From NCBI GenBank assembly GCA_963717145.1, contig OY970325.1, positions 2,144,001-2,208,000 on the forward strand: a stretch of 64,000 bases of DNA, given 5' to 3'. Below the pieces are notes generated by a model. It was not told where the DNA came from and did not search any database. It was given only the letters and a program-made list of their open reading frames with translations. A program made the position numbers and the translations under genes. Of this stretch, positions 28,422 to 38,827 are shown in pieces (positions within the stretch are counted from its first letter, which is position 1; every line of letters begins with the position of its first letter). Origin of the DNA: an uncultured Armatimonadetes bacterium (GTDB lineage Bacteria; Armatimonadota; UBA5829; DTJY01).

Positions 28422-29083
28422 TAGGCGTTCTCCGAGGCGGCATACGACCAGCTCTCAGCGGCCTCCAGCAGCGCCATCACCTGCTCGTCGGGAGTCTGAT
28501 CGAACTGGTAGTACCATGAGCCTACCGAGAAGAACGGCTCAGGAGTCTCGAGCACGACGAGATCGTCTACCTCGCGGCTGAGCCGGGAGACGGTCTCGGG
28601 CGGGGCGACAGGTACCGCCAGCACGAGCTTCCCGGGATGGTGGGCGCGGACTTCCCGTGCGGCGGCCGTGATGGTGGCTCCGGTGGCGATGCCGTCATCC
28701 ACCAGGATCACCGTCTTCCCTTCGAGTGATGGGAACGGCTTGTCGTCCCGATAGAGCTTCCGTCTGCGGGCGATCTCCTCCCGTTGGCGCAGGACCTCCG
28801 CATCGACGTAGGCGCTGGGAACGCCGAGGTAACCCATCGTCTTCTCGTCGAGCACGACGATGCTGTCACCCGCGACGGCGCCGATTGCGAGTTCCGGCTG
28901 ATTCGGCGCTCCGAGCTTGCGCGGAATGATGACATCAAGAGGCGCGCCAAGCGATGCCGCCACCTCGTAGGCGACGACCACCCCTCCACGCGGTACCGCG
29001 AGCACGACCGCATTCGCTCCACGGTGCTGCTGCAACCTCTCCACCAAACGGCGTCCAGCGTCAACCCTGTTGTCGAAAATCAT
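28421..29083 (-). CDS. Phosphoribosyltransferase (Rv0571c-like family), second paralog
   Basis: FDNRVDAG, VLAVPRGG, PRKLGAPNQPELAIGA, VILVDDGIATGAT. Confidence 0.9.
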   Translation of the reverse strand: MIFDNRVDAGRRLVERLQQHRGANAVVLAVPRGGVVVAYEVAASLGAPLDVIIPRKLGAPNQPELAIGAVAGDSIVVLDEKTMGYLGVPSAYVDAEVLRQREEIARRRKLYRDDKPFPSLEGKTVILVDDGIATGATITAAAREVRAHHPGKLVLAVPVAPPETVSRLSREVDDLVVLETPEPFFSVGSWYYQFDQTPDEQVMALLEAAESWSYAASENA

Positions 29084-29086
29084 TGT

Positions 29087-30139
29087 TCACTCCGCCCTCA
29101 GCACTATGCCCAAGTCCTCCCCACAGTGGGCGCATGTTCCCTGATTGGTTACTCCCTCGACACTCGTAGTATACCCAAATCGTGACACGGCAAGCGTGCG
29201 GCACACAGGGCAATACGTATTCTGGTCGTCCGCCGCGATGTTACCGAGGTAGACGAACTTCAGGCCCTCCTCGCGTCCGATCCTTTCCGCGAGTTCGAGC
29301 GTTTCCAGCGGAGTGGGAGGGACGTCGGTCAACTCCGCACACGGGAAGAAACGACTCACGTGCCACGGAGTCCGGTCGCCCAGGTTCTCCTTGATCCACC
29401 GAGCGATCGCCCGAAGGTTCTCCGGATCGTCGTTCCACGTCGGGATGACGTTGGTCACCGTCTCGACGTGCATGTGCCACTTGTCCTTCGCCATCTTCGC
29501 GACATCCCGAACTCCCCGCGCACTCGGGATGTTGATCAGCTTCCTGTAAAACTCGTCCGAGAAGCTCTTGATATCCACGCGATAGACATCGAGGTACGGT
29601 CCGATCAGGTCGAGATGCTCGGGAGTCGCATAGCCGTTCGTGACGTAGATGGTATGAAGCCCCTGCTCCTTCGCCAGTCGGGCGCAATCGAGCGTATACT
29701 CGATCCATATCCCCGGCTCATTGTAGGTCCAGGCTATGGTCGCGCACCCATGCTGTTTCGCCATCCGGACCACGTCCTGCGGGGAGAGATCGTGCCCCTC
29801 GACGGCTGGGATCTTCGTGCCGTCCACATAGGCGATCTGCCAGTTCTGGCAGAATACGCATCTGAAGTTGCACCCGAAGCTCCCGATCGAGAACGATTTC
29901 GTGCCGGGAAGATAGTGATAGACCGGCTTCTTTTCGATCGGATCGGCGTTCATCGACGAGACCACGCCGTAGATGGTGGAGTAGATGTCACCGCCCCGGT
30001 TGACGCGCGTGAGACAGACGCCCATTTTGTCCTCGGCGATGTTGCACCGTCGCTGGCAGACGTTGCACCTCGCGCGGTTGTCCTCGAGCTTGTCGTACAG
30101 TATGCCCTTGTGCAGCCTCGCTTGTTGTTGAGTTGCCAT
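29087..30139 (-). CDS. amrS: AmmeMemoRadiSam system radical SAM enzyme
   Basis: DPIEKKPVYH, GCNFRCVFCQNW, IAWTYNEP, VTNGY, PWHVSRFFP, C-terminal CxxC pairs. Confidence 0.9.
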   Translation of the reverse strand: MATQQQARLHKGILYDKLEDNRARCNVCQRRCNIAEDKMGVCLTRVNRGGDIYSTIYGVVSSMNADPIEKKPVYHYLPGTKSFSIGSFGCNFRCVFCQNWQIAYVDGTKIPAVEGHDLSPQDVVRMAKQHGCATIAWTYNEPGIWIEYTLDCARLAKEQGLHTIYVTNGYATPEHLDLIGPYLDVYRVDIKSFSDEFYRKLINIPSARGVRDVAKMAKDKWHMHVETVTNVIPTWNDDPENLRAIARWIKENLGDRTPWHVSRFFPCAELTDVPPTPLETLELAERIGREEGLKFVYLGNIAADDQNTYCPVCRTLAVSRFGYTTSVEGVTNQGTCAHCGEDLGIVLRAE

Positions 30140-30149
30140 TTTGGCAGCC

Positions 30150-30199
30150 TATGGTTGATGGTCTATGGCTAATGGCTCATGGGATTCCCATGACCCATT
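30150..30199. repeat. Heptamer-repeat element (ATGGTTG type), partial copy
   Basis: ATGGTTG ATGGTCT ATGGCTA ATGGCTC ATGGGA...TCCCAT GACCCAT. Confidence 0.7.
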
Positions 30200-30206
30200 C
30201 TCCGGG

Positions 30207-30232
30207 ATACCCCCGGCACACCGTATCCAAAC
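30207..30232 (-). promoter_or_regulatory. SigB/SigF-type promoter of amrS-PRTase
   Basis: Minus strand GTTT-N16-GGGTAT. Confidence 0.6.
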
Positions 30233-30321
30233 GGAGGCCGGAACCGTCTACTGTGAAGGAGTATACAACCGGCGAGTCAAAGCGTAAAGTACCAGCGTAC
30301 TACGGATTCGAGGAGATGACT

Positions 30322-32508
30322 ATGCGCAGGCTGATCGGCATAACGATACTCGCAGTCTTCATCGCGATCGTGGCGGTGATTCTTGTCGTCGCACGGAACA
30401 AGACCGCCGAGGCTCCTGATCCGAACTTCCGGCAAGTCTACCTGGCGTTCGATGGCAGGATCGGCATCGGGCCGGGAAACATCGTGGTGCTGGGGAACAC
30501 GGCCTACACGGTCAACCAGCGGAACTGCACGATCTCGGCTGTGGACCTAGATACGGGTCGCATACTACGTTGGGCCACCTTCCAAGTGCCCCCGGTCGGA
30601 CACTACCCCTACGGCAGCCCTTACGTCGTGTGCGAGCACGAGGTGCTGATGACCACCGACGGCGAGTGGCTCTATCTTGCCGTCACGAATCAAATCTATT
30701 GCTACAACCCCCAGAACCTCAGACGGGTCTCTGCCCGCAGGTATCCAACACATGGCGGTGTCATGGTCAACCTGCGTGGATTCGCCGCCCTGGTCAGACC
30801 AGTGAAGCTGATCTGGCTTCCAAATGAAGAGCGTCTCTGCGTACACCTTGCCGGCTCCTATGAAGGAGTTCATGATCTTGGATGGTCAGTGCTGTGCTAC
30901 TTCAAGCCGCGCAGCCTCAGGGTAGGGAGGGTGGTTCAACTCGACTCCGATAGTCTGAAGAGCAGCACCGGCCGAGGTAACCCCGCCGGCCCGTTTGTCT
31001 TCGCGGGAAGGTTCAATTCGTCAAGCAGGTTCATAGTAGACGTAAGTACCGGCGCCGCCGTGCCGATGACGCGTTCCGCCTTCATGTCTCGCGGATACGC
31101 TACTCTGGGAAATCCCGGGCGGCTGTTCGTATTCTATGGCGAACGACGCGTGAACGAGCAGTGGGAACAGACGCCGGCCCTGAGTATCATAGACCCGGCG
31201 ACGGGGATTTCGCAGGGGCCACTGATGCTCGAGCCTCTGCCCCAACCGCTCCTCTCAGTCAGGCGAGCGGAGATGACCCCCGATCCGTCCGGCCAGAGGA
31301 TGCTCATCACAGCACAGTGCAACTACCTGAACAGGGTAGGTGTGGCATTGGTGGACGGCAATGGGCGGCAACTCAGCCAGTGGTACGCGGTCCCCGGCCT
31401 CTGCCAACTCGGCGGCGTCAGTGTGGACTGGAAAGCAGAGAAGGCGTACATCTCCGATGGCCGCACCAATTCCATACACATCCTGAGCCTGAAACCGCTG
31501 AAACAGATCAGGCAGATCCCGGTCGGAGTGCAGATCGCCGGCATCTGGTTCGATGATCAGAGCGGCAAGCTGATGGCTCAGGGCTGGATGGCCGGGCAGT
31601 ACATCTGGACGGTAGATACTGAGCATGGCAGACTTGCTGAGGCCGTCAACCTGCATGAGGAGCAGTATGTCAAGTTTGAAGGCTTGGCAGGCAGCCATCT
31701 GACGTTGGACGCACAGCAGAGATTCGTCTACATCCTCAGAAGGGGCCTCTACCGCGATCTGCCGGGCTACCACCGAACGGCCACGCAGGAGTGGGGGCCG
31801 TCTGCCAGGACCTACTACCAGCGCTACGAGAAGTATGACCTGAGGAGCGGGAAGCTGGTCGCCGATCTCGACACAGGGCCAACGGAATACACCGGCTTCG
31901 GAGATGACCCAACGCTCATTCCACGCGGACCGATGGACCGCCTGTTCGACCCTGGCCGGAAGAGGCTCTATCGACCGCGCTCTCGATTTGCTCTCAAGGG
32001 ACGACCGCCGGCGGTAGAGGCATGGAATACTGAGAAACACGCCAAGGCCGTCGAGTTCACTTTGCCGCCAGACCAGGAGGCGAACCACGTTCTGCTCGAC
32101 AAGCGCCGCAACCGGTTGTACATCGTTACTGTCGGGCAGATGAGGACCGTCGACGCAGCAAGCATGAAGGAGATCGGCAGAGTCAGCCTCCCGGACAGAG
32201 TCTACCGATCCGCATGCGTCAACGAGGCGACCGGGCGGGTGTTTCTGCTGCCGGGCAGCATCCCTCAGCAGTCGGACCGAGCCAAAGAGTACACCTACCC
32301 GCCAAGCGTGCTGCGAATCTACGATCCCACATCCGACAAGATGGAGTCGGCACAGATGCCCTCGGACTCCCGGCCGCCGAATCCCAAGCTGTTCACTGCC
32401 ACTGAGTCCGGAACGATGGCTGCAGATGCGCGGAAGTCGGAGGTGTACATCCTGTCGACCTGGAACGCCGGACTGCTGATCTACGTTGACCGACAGAAGT
32501 CCAGGTAG
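30322..32508 (+). CDS. Membrane-anchored YVTN/YncE-like beta-propeller protein
   Basis: N-terminal TM; repeats such as TISAVDLDTGR, KAYISDGRTNSIHIL..KQIRQIPVG, DKRRNRLYI; GAGGAG RBS. Confidence 0.7.
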   Translation: MRRLIGITILAVFIAIVAVILVVARNKTAEAPDPNFRQVYLAFDGRIGIGPGNIVVLGNTAYTVNQRNCTISAVDLDTGRILRWATFQVPPVGHYPYGSPYVVCEHEVLMTTDGEWLYLAVTNQIYCYNPQNLRRVSARRYPTHGGVMVNLRGFAALVRPVKLIWLPNEERLCVHLAGSYEGVHDLGWSVLCYFKPRSLRVGRVVQLDSDSLKSSTGRGNPAGPFVFAGRFNSSSRFIVDVSTGAAVPMTRSAFMSRGYATLGNPGRLFVFYGERRVNEQWEQTPALSIIDPATGISQGPLMLEPLPQPLLSVRRAEMTPDPSGQRMLITAQCNYLNRVGVALVDGNGRQLSQWYAVPGLCQLGGVSVDWKAEKAYISDGRTNSIHILSLKPLKQIRQIPVGVQIAGIWFDDQSGKLMAQGWMAGQYIWTVDTEHGRLAEAVNLHEEQYVKFEGLAGSHLTLDAQQRFVYILRRGLYRDLPGYHRTATQEWGPSARTYYQRYEKYDLRSGKLVADLDTGPTEYTGFGDDPTLIPRGPMDRLFDPGRKRLYRPRSRFALKGRPPAVEAWNTEKHAKAVEFTLPPDQEANHVLLDKRRNRLYIVTVGQMRTVDAASMKEIGRVSLPDRVYRSACVNEATGRVFLLPGSIPQQSDRAKEYTYPPSVLRIYDPTSDKMESAQMPSDSRPPNPKLFTATESGTMAADARKSEVYILSTWNAGLLIYVDRQKSR

Positions 32509-32511
32509 CAG

Positions 32512-34305
32512 CTAGTCCTCGACGAGGGCCTCGGGGGCGATCTCCTGGAACTGCATGTCGTGGAGTCTCTTGTAGACACCTTCACGCGCCAGGAGTTCGT
32601 CATGCGTGCCCTGCTCGACGAGCCGGCCGCCGTCGATCACGAGGATCAAGTCGGCTTCGGTGATCGTCGAAAGCCGGTGCGCGATCACGAATGAGGTCCG
32701 GCCCTTGAGAAGCTTCCTGAGCGCGTCCTGGATGATGACCTCGGTCTGCGTGTCAACGCTCGATGTCGCCTCGTCGAGGATCAGTATCCGCGGATCGGCA
32801 AGCAGCGCGCGCGCGAAGGAGACCAACTGCTTCTGACCGGAGGAGAGCTTGGAGCCGCCCTCACGCACGTCGGTGTCATATCCCGCCGGCAACTCGCTGA
32901 TGAACTCGTCCAGACCGACCGTCGTGGCAGCGCTCACTACCTCCTGATCCGTCGCATCGAGCCGCCCGTACCTGATGTTCTCCTTGATGCTACCCGGGAA
33001 GAGGAACGCATCCTGCAGGACGACACCCATCTGGCTGCGGAGGGAGCGCATCGTCACGTCGCGGACGTCGTGCCCGTCGATGGTGATGCTGCCTGACCGG
33101 ATGTCGTATTGCCGGCCAAGCAGGCTGGCGATCGTCGTCTTTCCGGCGCCGGTCGGTCCGACGAGCGCGACAGTCTGCCCCGCCTCGACATGGAAGTTCA
33201 CGTCGCGGAGGATCGGCGTTTCGTCGTAGGCAAAATCGACGTCCTTGAACTCGACCTCACCGTCGATCTGAGGGAGGACTTCAGCGCCCTCCTTGTCCTT
33301 GATCGCCTGCTCGGTGTCGAGGATGTCGAAGATGCGTTCAGCGCCGGCCATCGCGCCCTGCATCGTCTGATAAAGCGTGCTCATGTCCCGGATCGGCGCG
33401 TAGAAGCTGTTCAGATATGCGGTGAACTCCACAAGGATGCCGAGGGTGAGCGCCCCGGCGAGGACTCTCAAGCCGCCATACCAATAAACCGCGCAGACAC
33501 CGCAGGCGGTCATCACCCCGATGAGCGGCACGAATATCGCCTCGATTCTCGTGGCGTACAACACTGCCTGCCGATTGTCGAGGTTGACCTCCTTGAACCG
33601 TCGGAGGTTCTCCCCCTCGCGAGAGAAAGACTTGACGACGCGGACGCCCGACACATTCTCCGCGACTGTGGCGGTGACCGTAGCGACCTTCCTGCGGACG
33701 TCCCTGTAGGCGAGTCTCATCTTTGCACGGAAGAACGAGGTCACGATGGCCATAACGGGAACCAACGCCACTGTGATGAGTGCGAGCTGGACATTCTCCC
33801 TCAGCAGAATGACGATGATGGCGAAGACCATCGCCACATCGGAAACGATGGAGAGCGTGCCCGACGTAAGCAGGTCGTTCACCGCATCGACGTCGCTCGT
33901 GAGGCGCGCGATTATGCGCCCGATCTCGCGCTTATCGAAGAAGCTGAGGGACAGGTTCTGGAGGTGTGAGAAGACCTTGTGCCGGATGTCATAGAGAACG
34001 CTCTGGCCGAGCCTCTGGACGACGATCGTCTGGCACACCTGCGCGACCCACCGAAGGAGGTAGACGATGATATAGGCGAGCGCGACTTTGGTCAGCACCC
34101 CGCCGTTCGACTTGGTGATGCCTTCGTCGATCGCGAACTTCCAGAGCTTCGGCGAGATCAGACCGATGCCGGACGTGGCAAGGACCGTGGCGATCGAGAG
34201 CGCCAAGAGCCGTTTGTACGGCTTGATGAAGACGATGGCCTTCTTCGTCAGCTCCGGGTCAAACGCTTTTCCCAGTAGTTCGTCGTCGTATACGTACTTG
34301 CGCAT
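32512..34305 (-). CDS. ABC exporter ATP-binding/permease protein (heterodimer partner 2)
   Basis: GPTGAGKT, LSSGQKQ, ILILDEATS, IAHRLST. Confidence 0.95.
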   Translation of the reverse strand: MRKYVYDDELLGKAFDPELTKKAIVFIKPYKRLLALSIATVLATSGIGLISPKLWKFAIDEGITKSNGGVLTKVALAYIIVYLLRWVAQVCQTIVVQRLGQSVLYDIRHKVFSHLQNLSLSFFDKREIGRIIARLTSDVDAVNDLLTSGTLSIVSDVAMVFAIIVILLRENVQLALITVALVPVMAIVTSFFRAKMRLAYRDVRRKVATVTATVAENVSGVRVVKSFSREGENLRRFKEVNLDNRQAVLYATRIEAIFVPLIGVMTACGVCAVYWYGGLRVLAGALTLGILVEFTAYLNSFYAPIRDMSTLYQTMQGAMAGAERIFDILDTEQAIKDKEGAEVLPQIDGEVEFKDVDFAYDETPILRDVNFHVEAGQTVALVGPTGAGKTTIASLLGRQYDIRSGSITIDGHDVRDVTMRSLRSQMGVVLQDAFLFPGSIKENIRYGRLDATDQEVVSAATTVGLDEFISELPAGYDTDVREGGSKLSSGQKQLVSFARALLADPRILILDEATSSVDTQTEVIIQDALRKLLKGRTSFVIAHRLSTITEADLILVIDGGRLVEQGTHDELLAREGVYKRLHDMQFQEIAPEALVED

Positions 34306-34316
34306 GAATGCTCCAG

Positions 34317-34391
34317 ATGGCTGATGGTCGATGGTTGATGGCTGATGCGGAGCCGGTCCCCATCAACCATTAACCATAAGCCATCAGCCAT
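34317..34391. repeat. Heptamer-repeat hairpin (ATGGTTG type), contains the stop of the ABC gene 34384-36117
   Basis: ATGGCTG ATGGTCG ATGGTTG ATGGCTG ATG...CATCAAC CATTAAC CATAAGC CATCAGC CAT. Confidence 0.85.
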
Positions 34392-36117
34392 TCTCTTCCC
34401 CTCCGAACTGGAGGCGGTAGATTTCCTTGTAGATCCCGCCCTTTGCGAGCAATTCTCTGTGCGTCCCCTCTTCGACGATGCGCCCCTTATCGAGCACGAT
34501 GATCTTGTCGGCGCGCTGGACCGTCGAGATCCTCTGGGCGATCACGAACGTCGTGCGGGACTCTGTCAGCGACACGAGCGCCTTCTGGATCAGCATCTCG
34601 GTCTCGGTATCGACGCTCGATGTAGAGTCGTCCAGGACGAGGATCGGCGGGTTCATCAGAAGCGCCCGGGCTATCGAGAACCTCTGCTTCTGGCCGCCGG
34701 AGAGGTTGACTCCCCTCTCGCCGATCGGAGTCTCGTATCCCTCAGGCAGGCCATCGATGAAATCGTGGATATTCGCCGATCTCGCTGCCTCGATGACCTC
34801 CTCCAGCTCGGCATCCGGCTTCCCGTAAGCGATGTTCTCCCGTGCCGAATCGCCAAAGAGGAATGTCTCCTGCGCGACGATCCCGATGTTCTTCCTGAGC
34901 GACTTCAGCCGATACTCCCTGATGTCCACGCCGTCGATCACGATCGCCCCGTCGGTCACGTCGTAGAACCTTGGGATTAGATTGATGATCGTGCTCTTGC
35001 CGGACCCCGTTGCGCCGACAAACGCGACCATTTCGCCCGGCTGAACCTGCAGGTTGATGTTGCTGAGCACCTTGCTTCCATCGTTATAGGCAAACGACAC
35101 ATTCTGAAACTCGACGCATCCCGTGCAGTTCGACAGCACCTTTGCGCCTTCTTTGACGTGAACCTCCGGATGGGTGTCGAGTATCTCGAAGATGCGATCC
35201 GCGGCGGCGACTGCGTTCTGCGTCATGTTGACGATCCAACCGGTCATGCGCACGGAACCGATCAGCCGTGCCAGGTACGAGTTGAACGCCAGCAGCGCGC
35301 CGAGGGTCAGTGCACCGCTGACCACCTGCATGCCGCCGTACCAGAGGATCAAGGTCGTCGCGCCCGCCGCCATGAAGTCCATGAAGGGCATGTACTTCGC
35401 TGAGACGACGGCGGTTTCCATATTGCGCTCGAGGAGGCCGTAGGACTGCTTGTCGAACTTCTCGATCTCGTGGTCCTCACGGGCAAATGCCTTGACGACG
35501 CGAATGCCCATCAGGTTCTGCTGGATGGCGGTCGTCATGTCGCCACGCTGATCCTGAGCAGCCGTATAGAGCGGACGAATCTTCGTGCCGAACCGTATCA
35601 CCGCATACAGGAGAAGCGGCGAGGTAGAGAGCGAGATGAGCGCCAGCTTCCAGTTCATCATCAGGCAGATGATGAGGACGCCGGTGAAGATCAGGGAGTC
35701 GGTCACCAGGTGCGTGATGCCGTGCCCGAGGAATCTGCTGAGCGCCTGCACATCGGAGGTTGCTCGCGAGATGAGCTGCCCGGTCTCGGCCTCGTCATGA
35801 TAGCTGAACGAGAGCCGCTGCACGTGATCGAAGAGCCTGTTCCTGATGTCATAGATCGTGCGCTGGGCCATGCACTGGGTGAAGTACTGCTGGCCGAAGC
35901 GGAAGAACCCGGCGACAATCGCGAGGCCGACGAGTCCCAGGCAGTAATAAGGGAGCTGGCGCGCGTTGCCGGCCTTCAGCCCGTCGTCGACGATGAGCCT
36001 GATGAGCTGTTGGGGCAGAAGATCGAGGGCGGCGACGGTGATCAGGCATACGGTTGTCAGAAGCAACCACTGCCAGTGTCTACTGGCAAAGGCAAGCAAT
36101 CTTCTGACGGTACGCAT
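34384..36117 (-). CDS. ABC exporter ATP-binding/permease protein (heterodimer partner 1, degenerate site)
   Basis: GATGSGKS, LSGGQKQR, degenerate Walker B LVLDDSTS and switch IAQR, typical of TM287/288-type heterodimers. Confidence 0.95.
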   Translation of the reverse strand: MRTVRRLLAFASRHWQWLLLTTVCLITVAALDLLPQQLIRLIVDDGLKAGNARQLPYYCLGLVGLAIVAGFFRFGQQYFTQCMAQRTIYDIRNRLFDHVQRLSFSYHDEAETGQLISRATSDVQALSRFLGHGITHLVTDSLIFTGVLIICLMMNWKLALISLSTSPLLLYAVIRFGTKIRPLYTAAQDQRGDMTTAIQQNLMGIRVVKAFAREDHEIEKFDKQSYGLLERNMETAVVSAKYMPFMDFMAAGATTLILWYGGMQVVSGALTLGALLAFNSYLARLIGSVRMTGWIVNMTQNAVAAADRIFEILDTHPEVHVKEGAKVLSNCTGCVEFQNVSFAYNDGSKVLSNINLQVQPGEMVAFVGATGSGKSTIINLIPRFYDVTDGAIVIDGVDIREYRLKSLRKNIGIVAQETFLFGDSARENIAYGKPDAELEEVIEAARSANIHDFIDGLPEGYETPIGERGVNLSGGQKQRFSIARALLMNPPILVLDDSTSSVDTETEMLIQKALVSLTESRTTFVIAQRISTVQRADKIIVLDKGRIVEEGTHRELLAKGGIYKEIYRLQFGGEENG

Positions 36118-36139
36118 GGCTGAACTCCGGTGTATCTAT

Positions 36140-36233
36140 GTAGGAGGGGTTTTCCGGGATGACTGTGCCCGGTAACCCCGAACAGCCGCGTTCGGGGTTA
36201 CCGGGCACAGTCATCCCGGAAAACCCCTCCTAC
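36140..36233. repeat. GTAG-type long palindrome family B, copy 2
   Basis: 44-bp perfect arms, 6-nt loop. Confidence 0.92.
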
Positions 36234-36332
36234 GACAGTCTGGCCTCAAAGTCTTCTCTCTACACCTGTTCAGCGCGCGGACGGAATCTCCCTCCCCTTT
36301 TTTCGCAACTAGTTATCCAATGGGAACTCCCT

Positions 36333-38348
36333 TCAGAGATCGCCGACCGCCTGATCCTGTCGGCCGGGGATGCCCATGTCGGGCAGGGAGAGCCCATCCT
36401 CGACGAGCGCGTCGATGAGCTTGCGAGCATCGTCCTTGAGGGTCACCTTCCACCTCAGCCCGTCGTCGATGAACTCCGGATCCACCAGCCGGTGCTCGAT
36501 GTACACGAGCCTGAGCCCCTCCGCCTTGCCCTTCTCAGTATCCCCCGCGATGAAAGCCGCCACCGCGAGGCCGAACTCCGCCGCAAGGTCGTGCTCCCTG
36601 CCGGACACGGCGAGAACCCTCTGCCAATCTTCCGCGGCCGCGTCGTGCCGGCCGATCTCCCAGTTGCAGATCGCACGCGCAAGGCAATAATCGCCTGTGC
36701 ATTCCGGGCAGTGCGCAAGGGCCTCATCGAAGTAGAGCTTCGACAGGTTGTAGGTCTTGTCCCAGAACATGTCCCATGCATATTCCTCAATGAGGTCGGT
36801 CGCAGCGTTGGCCTTTGCACCCTCAATCGACAGCGCAGCCTCTTCCTCGGCGCGCTGCTGGTTACCGAGTTTGGCATATGCCCTCGCCAGCAGTTCGTGC
36901 GCCTCAGGGAACGGACCTGCGAACTGCTTCAGCGCGGCCTTGAGATGGGTCACCGCTTCCTTGTCGAAGCCGTTGTGAACGAGCCTGTCTATGAGCCACT
37001 TTCGTCCATCCCAGTTGCCATCGTCCAGGGTGGCCTTCATCGCTCGGGCGACCAGGGACTTCTGCTTCTTCGACCTCTGCGGATCACCGGACCACACGTC
37101 CTCCTGCATCTGGATCGCGGTCGCATATGCGCGGGAATTGTTGGGGTCGATCGCCAGCGCCTCCTCGAAGGCCTGCTCCGACTTCCTGTCCTGGCTCGTT
37201 GCCATGTAATGCCACTGCAGCGTCGTCCAGGCGTAGACGTACTTCGGGTCGTGCGCGACAGCCTTCTCCCCCGCGTAGATGACCTTGCCGTAGAGGTCCG
37301 ATACCCTGCTCGCCTCCACCGCTGACTGCTCTTCCCAGTACCGGCCCTCCCTGATGTCGGACGCCTGGCTTTCGGAGGATTCGGCGACCAGCATCCAGGA
37401 GACAGCGGCTTTGGGATAGAGTCTCGCCATCTCCTCCGCGACTCTGAGTTGCCCGCCGAAATCCTCCTGCTTGTTCCGGAGTCTGTACCTGCTGAAGAGC
37501 AGGCGGAAGTTGCCCGGATACCGGTGGAGGCCCTCATCTATGACCGCGTCCGCCTCTTTCAGCTTGCCGGCGCTCGCGAGATACGATCCGAGCAGCAGAC
37601 GAGGGGTCACGAACTCGGGGTATCTCTCCCCGATTCCCTGAACAATCGTCACCGCCTTTTCCGCGCCGGCGAAATCGGCCTGCTGGACCGCGACCACGGG
37701 ATCAATGGACGACAGTTGCTTCAACTTCGCCACGGCGGACTTTGGGACCGCTCTGGCGGCCGAGGTCGAGGCCTCACCGAGGACAGTCAGCGTCCCCTTT
37801 GAGGGCAGCGTGATCGCTTCATAGGCCTTCCTCTGCGCCGGGGTGAGCGCGATGCCCAGTCGATCCACGATCTGGAAGAGCAGCGGCTTCATGCGCTGGG
37901 AAAGCTCGGCCTGGCTCCCGCTCGATACAATCGGCGCTCCGACGGCCTTGCCCGTCGAGGCATCCCAGACCTGGAGTGACAGGGTATGCCTGCCCGACAC
38001 GGTCTTCACGGTCCCGCAGAGAGCATGGTCGAGGCCGAGCACCCTCGCCACCTCGACAGCGGTTGGGCCGGTCATCGCCAAGCCGTTCTTCAGGTGACGG
38101 TCATTGATCGCGCGGGTCACATGCATGCCGGATAGGTTCGCGGGAAGCTGGGGCAATCCGGCGACATAGAAATAGATGTAGTCGCGATACCCGACCCAGA
38201 ACGGCTCTGGAGCCCCGGAACCGCTCACCGGAACGCTGATCAGCACGCCTGCGGCCTTCTTGATCTGCTTCGTCGCAATGTGCGCGCCGAGGTCAAAGGT
38301 AGCGAGCATCAGCGCGGTAAGTGTGAATGCAAAGAGCTTGGTTCTCAT
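36333..38348 (-). CDS. Exported TPR protein with N-terminal TolB-N/CsgG-like domain
   Basis: Signal peptide; VARVLGLDHALCGTV...LSLQVWDASTG; TPR motifs (AFEEALAIDPNN); GGAGG RBS. Confidence 0.7.
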   Translation of the reverse strand: MRTKLFAFTLTALMLATFDLGAHIATKQIKKAAGVLISVPVSGSGAPEPFWVGYRDYIYFYVAGLPQLPANLSGMHVTRAINDRHLKNGLAMTGPTAVEVARVLGLDHALCGTVKTVSGRHTLSLQVWDASTGKAVGAPIVSSGSQAELSQRMKPLLFQIVDRLGIALTPAQRKAYEAITLPSKGTLTVLGEASTSAARAVPKSAVAKLKQLSSIDPVVAVQQADFAGAEKAVTIVQGIGERYPEFVTPRLLLGSYLASAGKLKEADAVIDEGLHRYPGNFRLLFSRYRLRNKQEDFGGQLRVAEEMARLYPKAAVSWMLVAESSESQASDIREGRYWEEQSAVEASRVSDLYGKVIYAGEKAVAHDPKYVYAWTTLQWHYMATSQDRKSEQAFEEALAIDPNNSRAYATAIQMQEDVWSGDPQRSKKQKSLVARAMKATLDDGNWDGRKWLIDRLVHNGFDKEAVTHLKAALKQFAGPFPEAHELLARAYAKLGNQQRAEEEAALSIEGAKANAATDLIEEYAWDMFWDKTYNLSKLYFDEALAHCPECTGDYCLARAICNWEIGRHDAAAEDWQRVLAVSGREHDLAAEFGLAVAAFIAGDTEKGKAEGLRLVYIEHRLVDPEFIDDGLRWKVTLKDDARKLIDALVEDGLSLPDMGIPGRQDQAVGDL

Positions 38349-38812
38349 ACGTCCTCCTCCTGTTCTAGACTGCCCTCATCGCCATCGGGCCGGCGATCGC
38401 TGGTTTCGCGTGATATGTCTCGATGGGGACGATCCCAGGTCCCCTGTTCTGACTCGCGGCGCATCGTATGCCCTCTCCACAGACCAAGGGCCAAGACAGC
38501 GATCCAGTACAATACCACCTTCCAGGGAGCACTGAAGACGCGCTGCCAGAACGAGCCTGATAGCACATCACTCACGACAAGTAGCGCGATCATACCAAAT
38601 CCAAAGTACTTCAAGTTCCCACGCCCGCATGTCAAGACGACTCCAGCGTAGAGAAGCATCACCGACATTGAAGTGAAGGTGCTGTCGTCCACCGGGCCCA
38701 TCCGTTTCTTGGGCGCCATCACTGCAATGCCAGCCAGTGTCAGGAACACCACGACCTGAGTGATCCAGGTCAATGTGAAATAGCGCCGAATGCCACGTGA
38801 CCGATGATTCAT
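38345..38812 (-). CDS. Small hypothetical membrane protein (4 TM)
   Basis: Hydrophobic segments; GAGGAG RBS; 4-nt overlap with next gene. Confidence 0.6.
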   Translation of the reverse strand: MNHRSRGIRRYFTLTWITQVVVFLTLAGIAVMAPKKRMGPVDDSTFTSMSVMLLYAGVVLTCGRGNLKYFGFGMIALLVVSDVLSGSFWQRVFSAPWKVVLYWIAVLALGLWRGHTMRRESEQGTWDRPHRDISRETSDRRPDGDEGSLEQEEDV

Positions 38813-38827
38813 ATCTCTCCTCTACGC

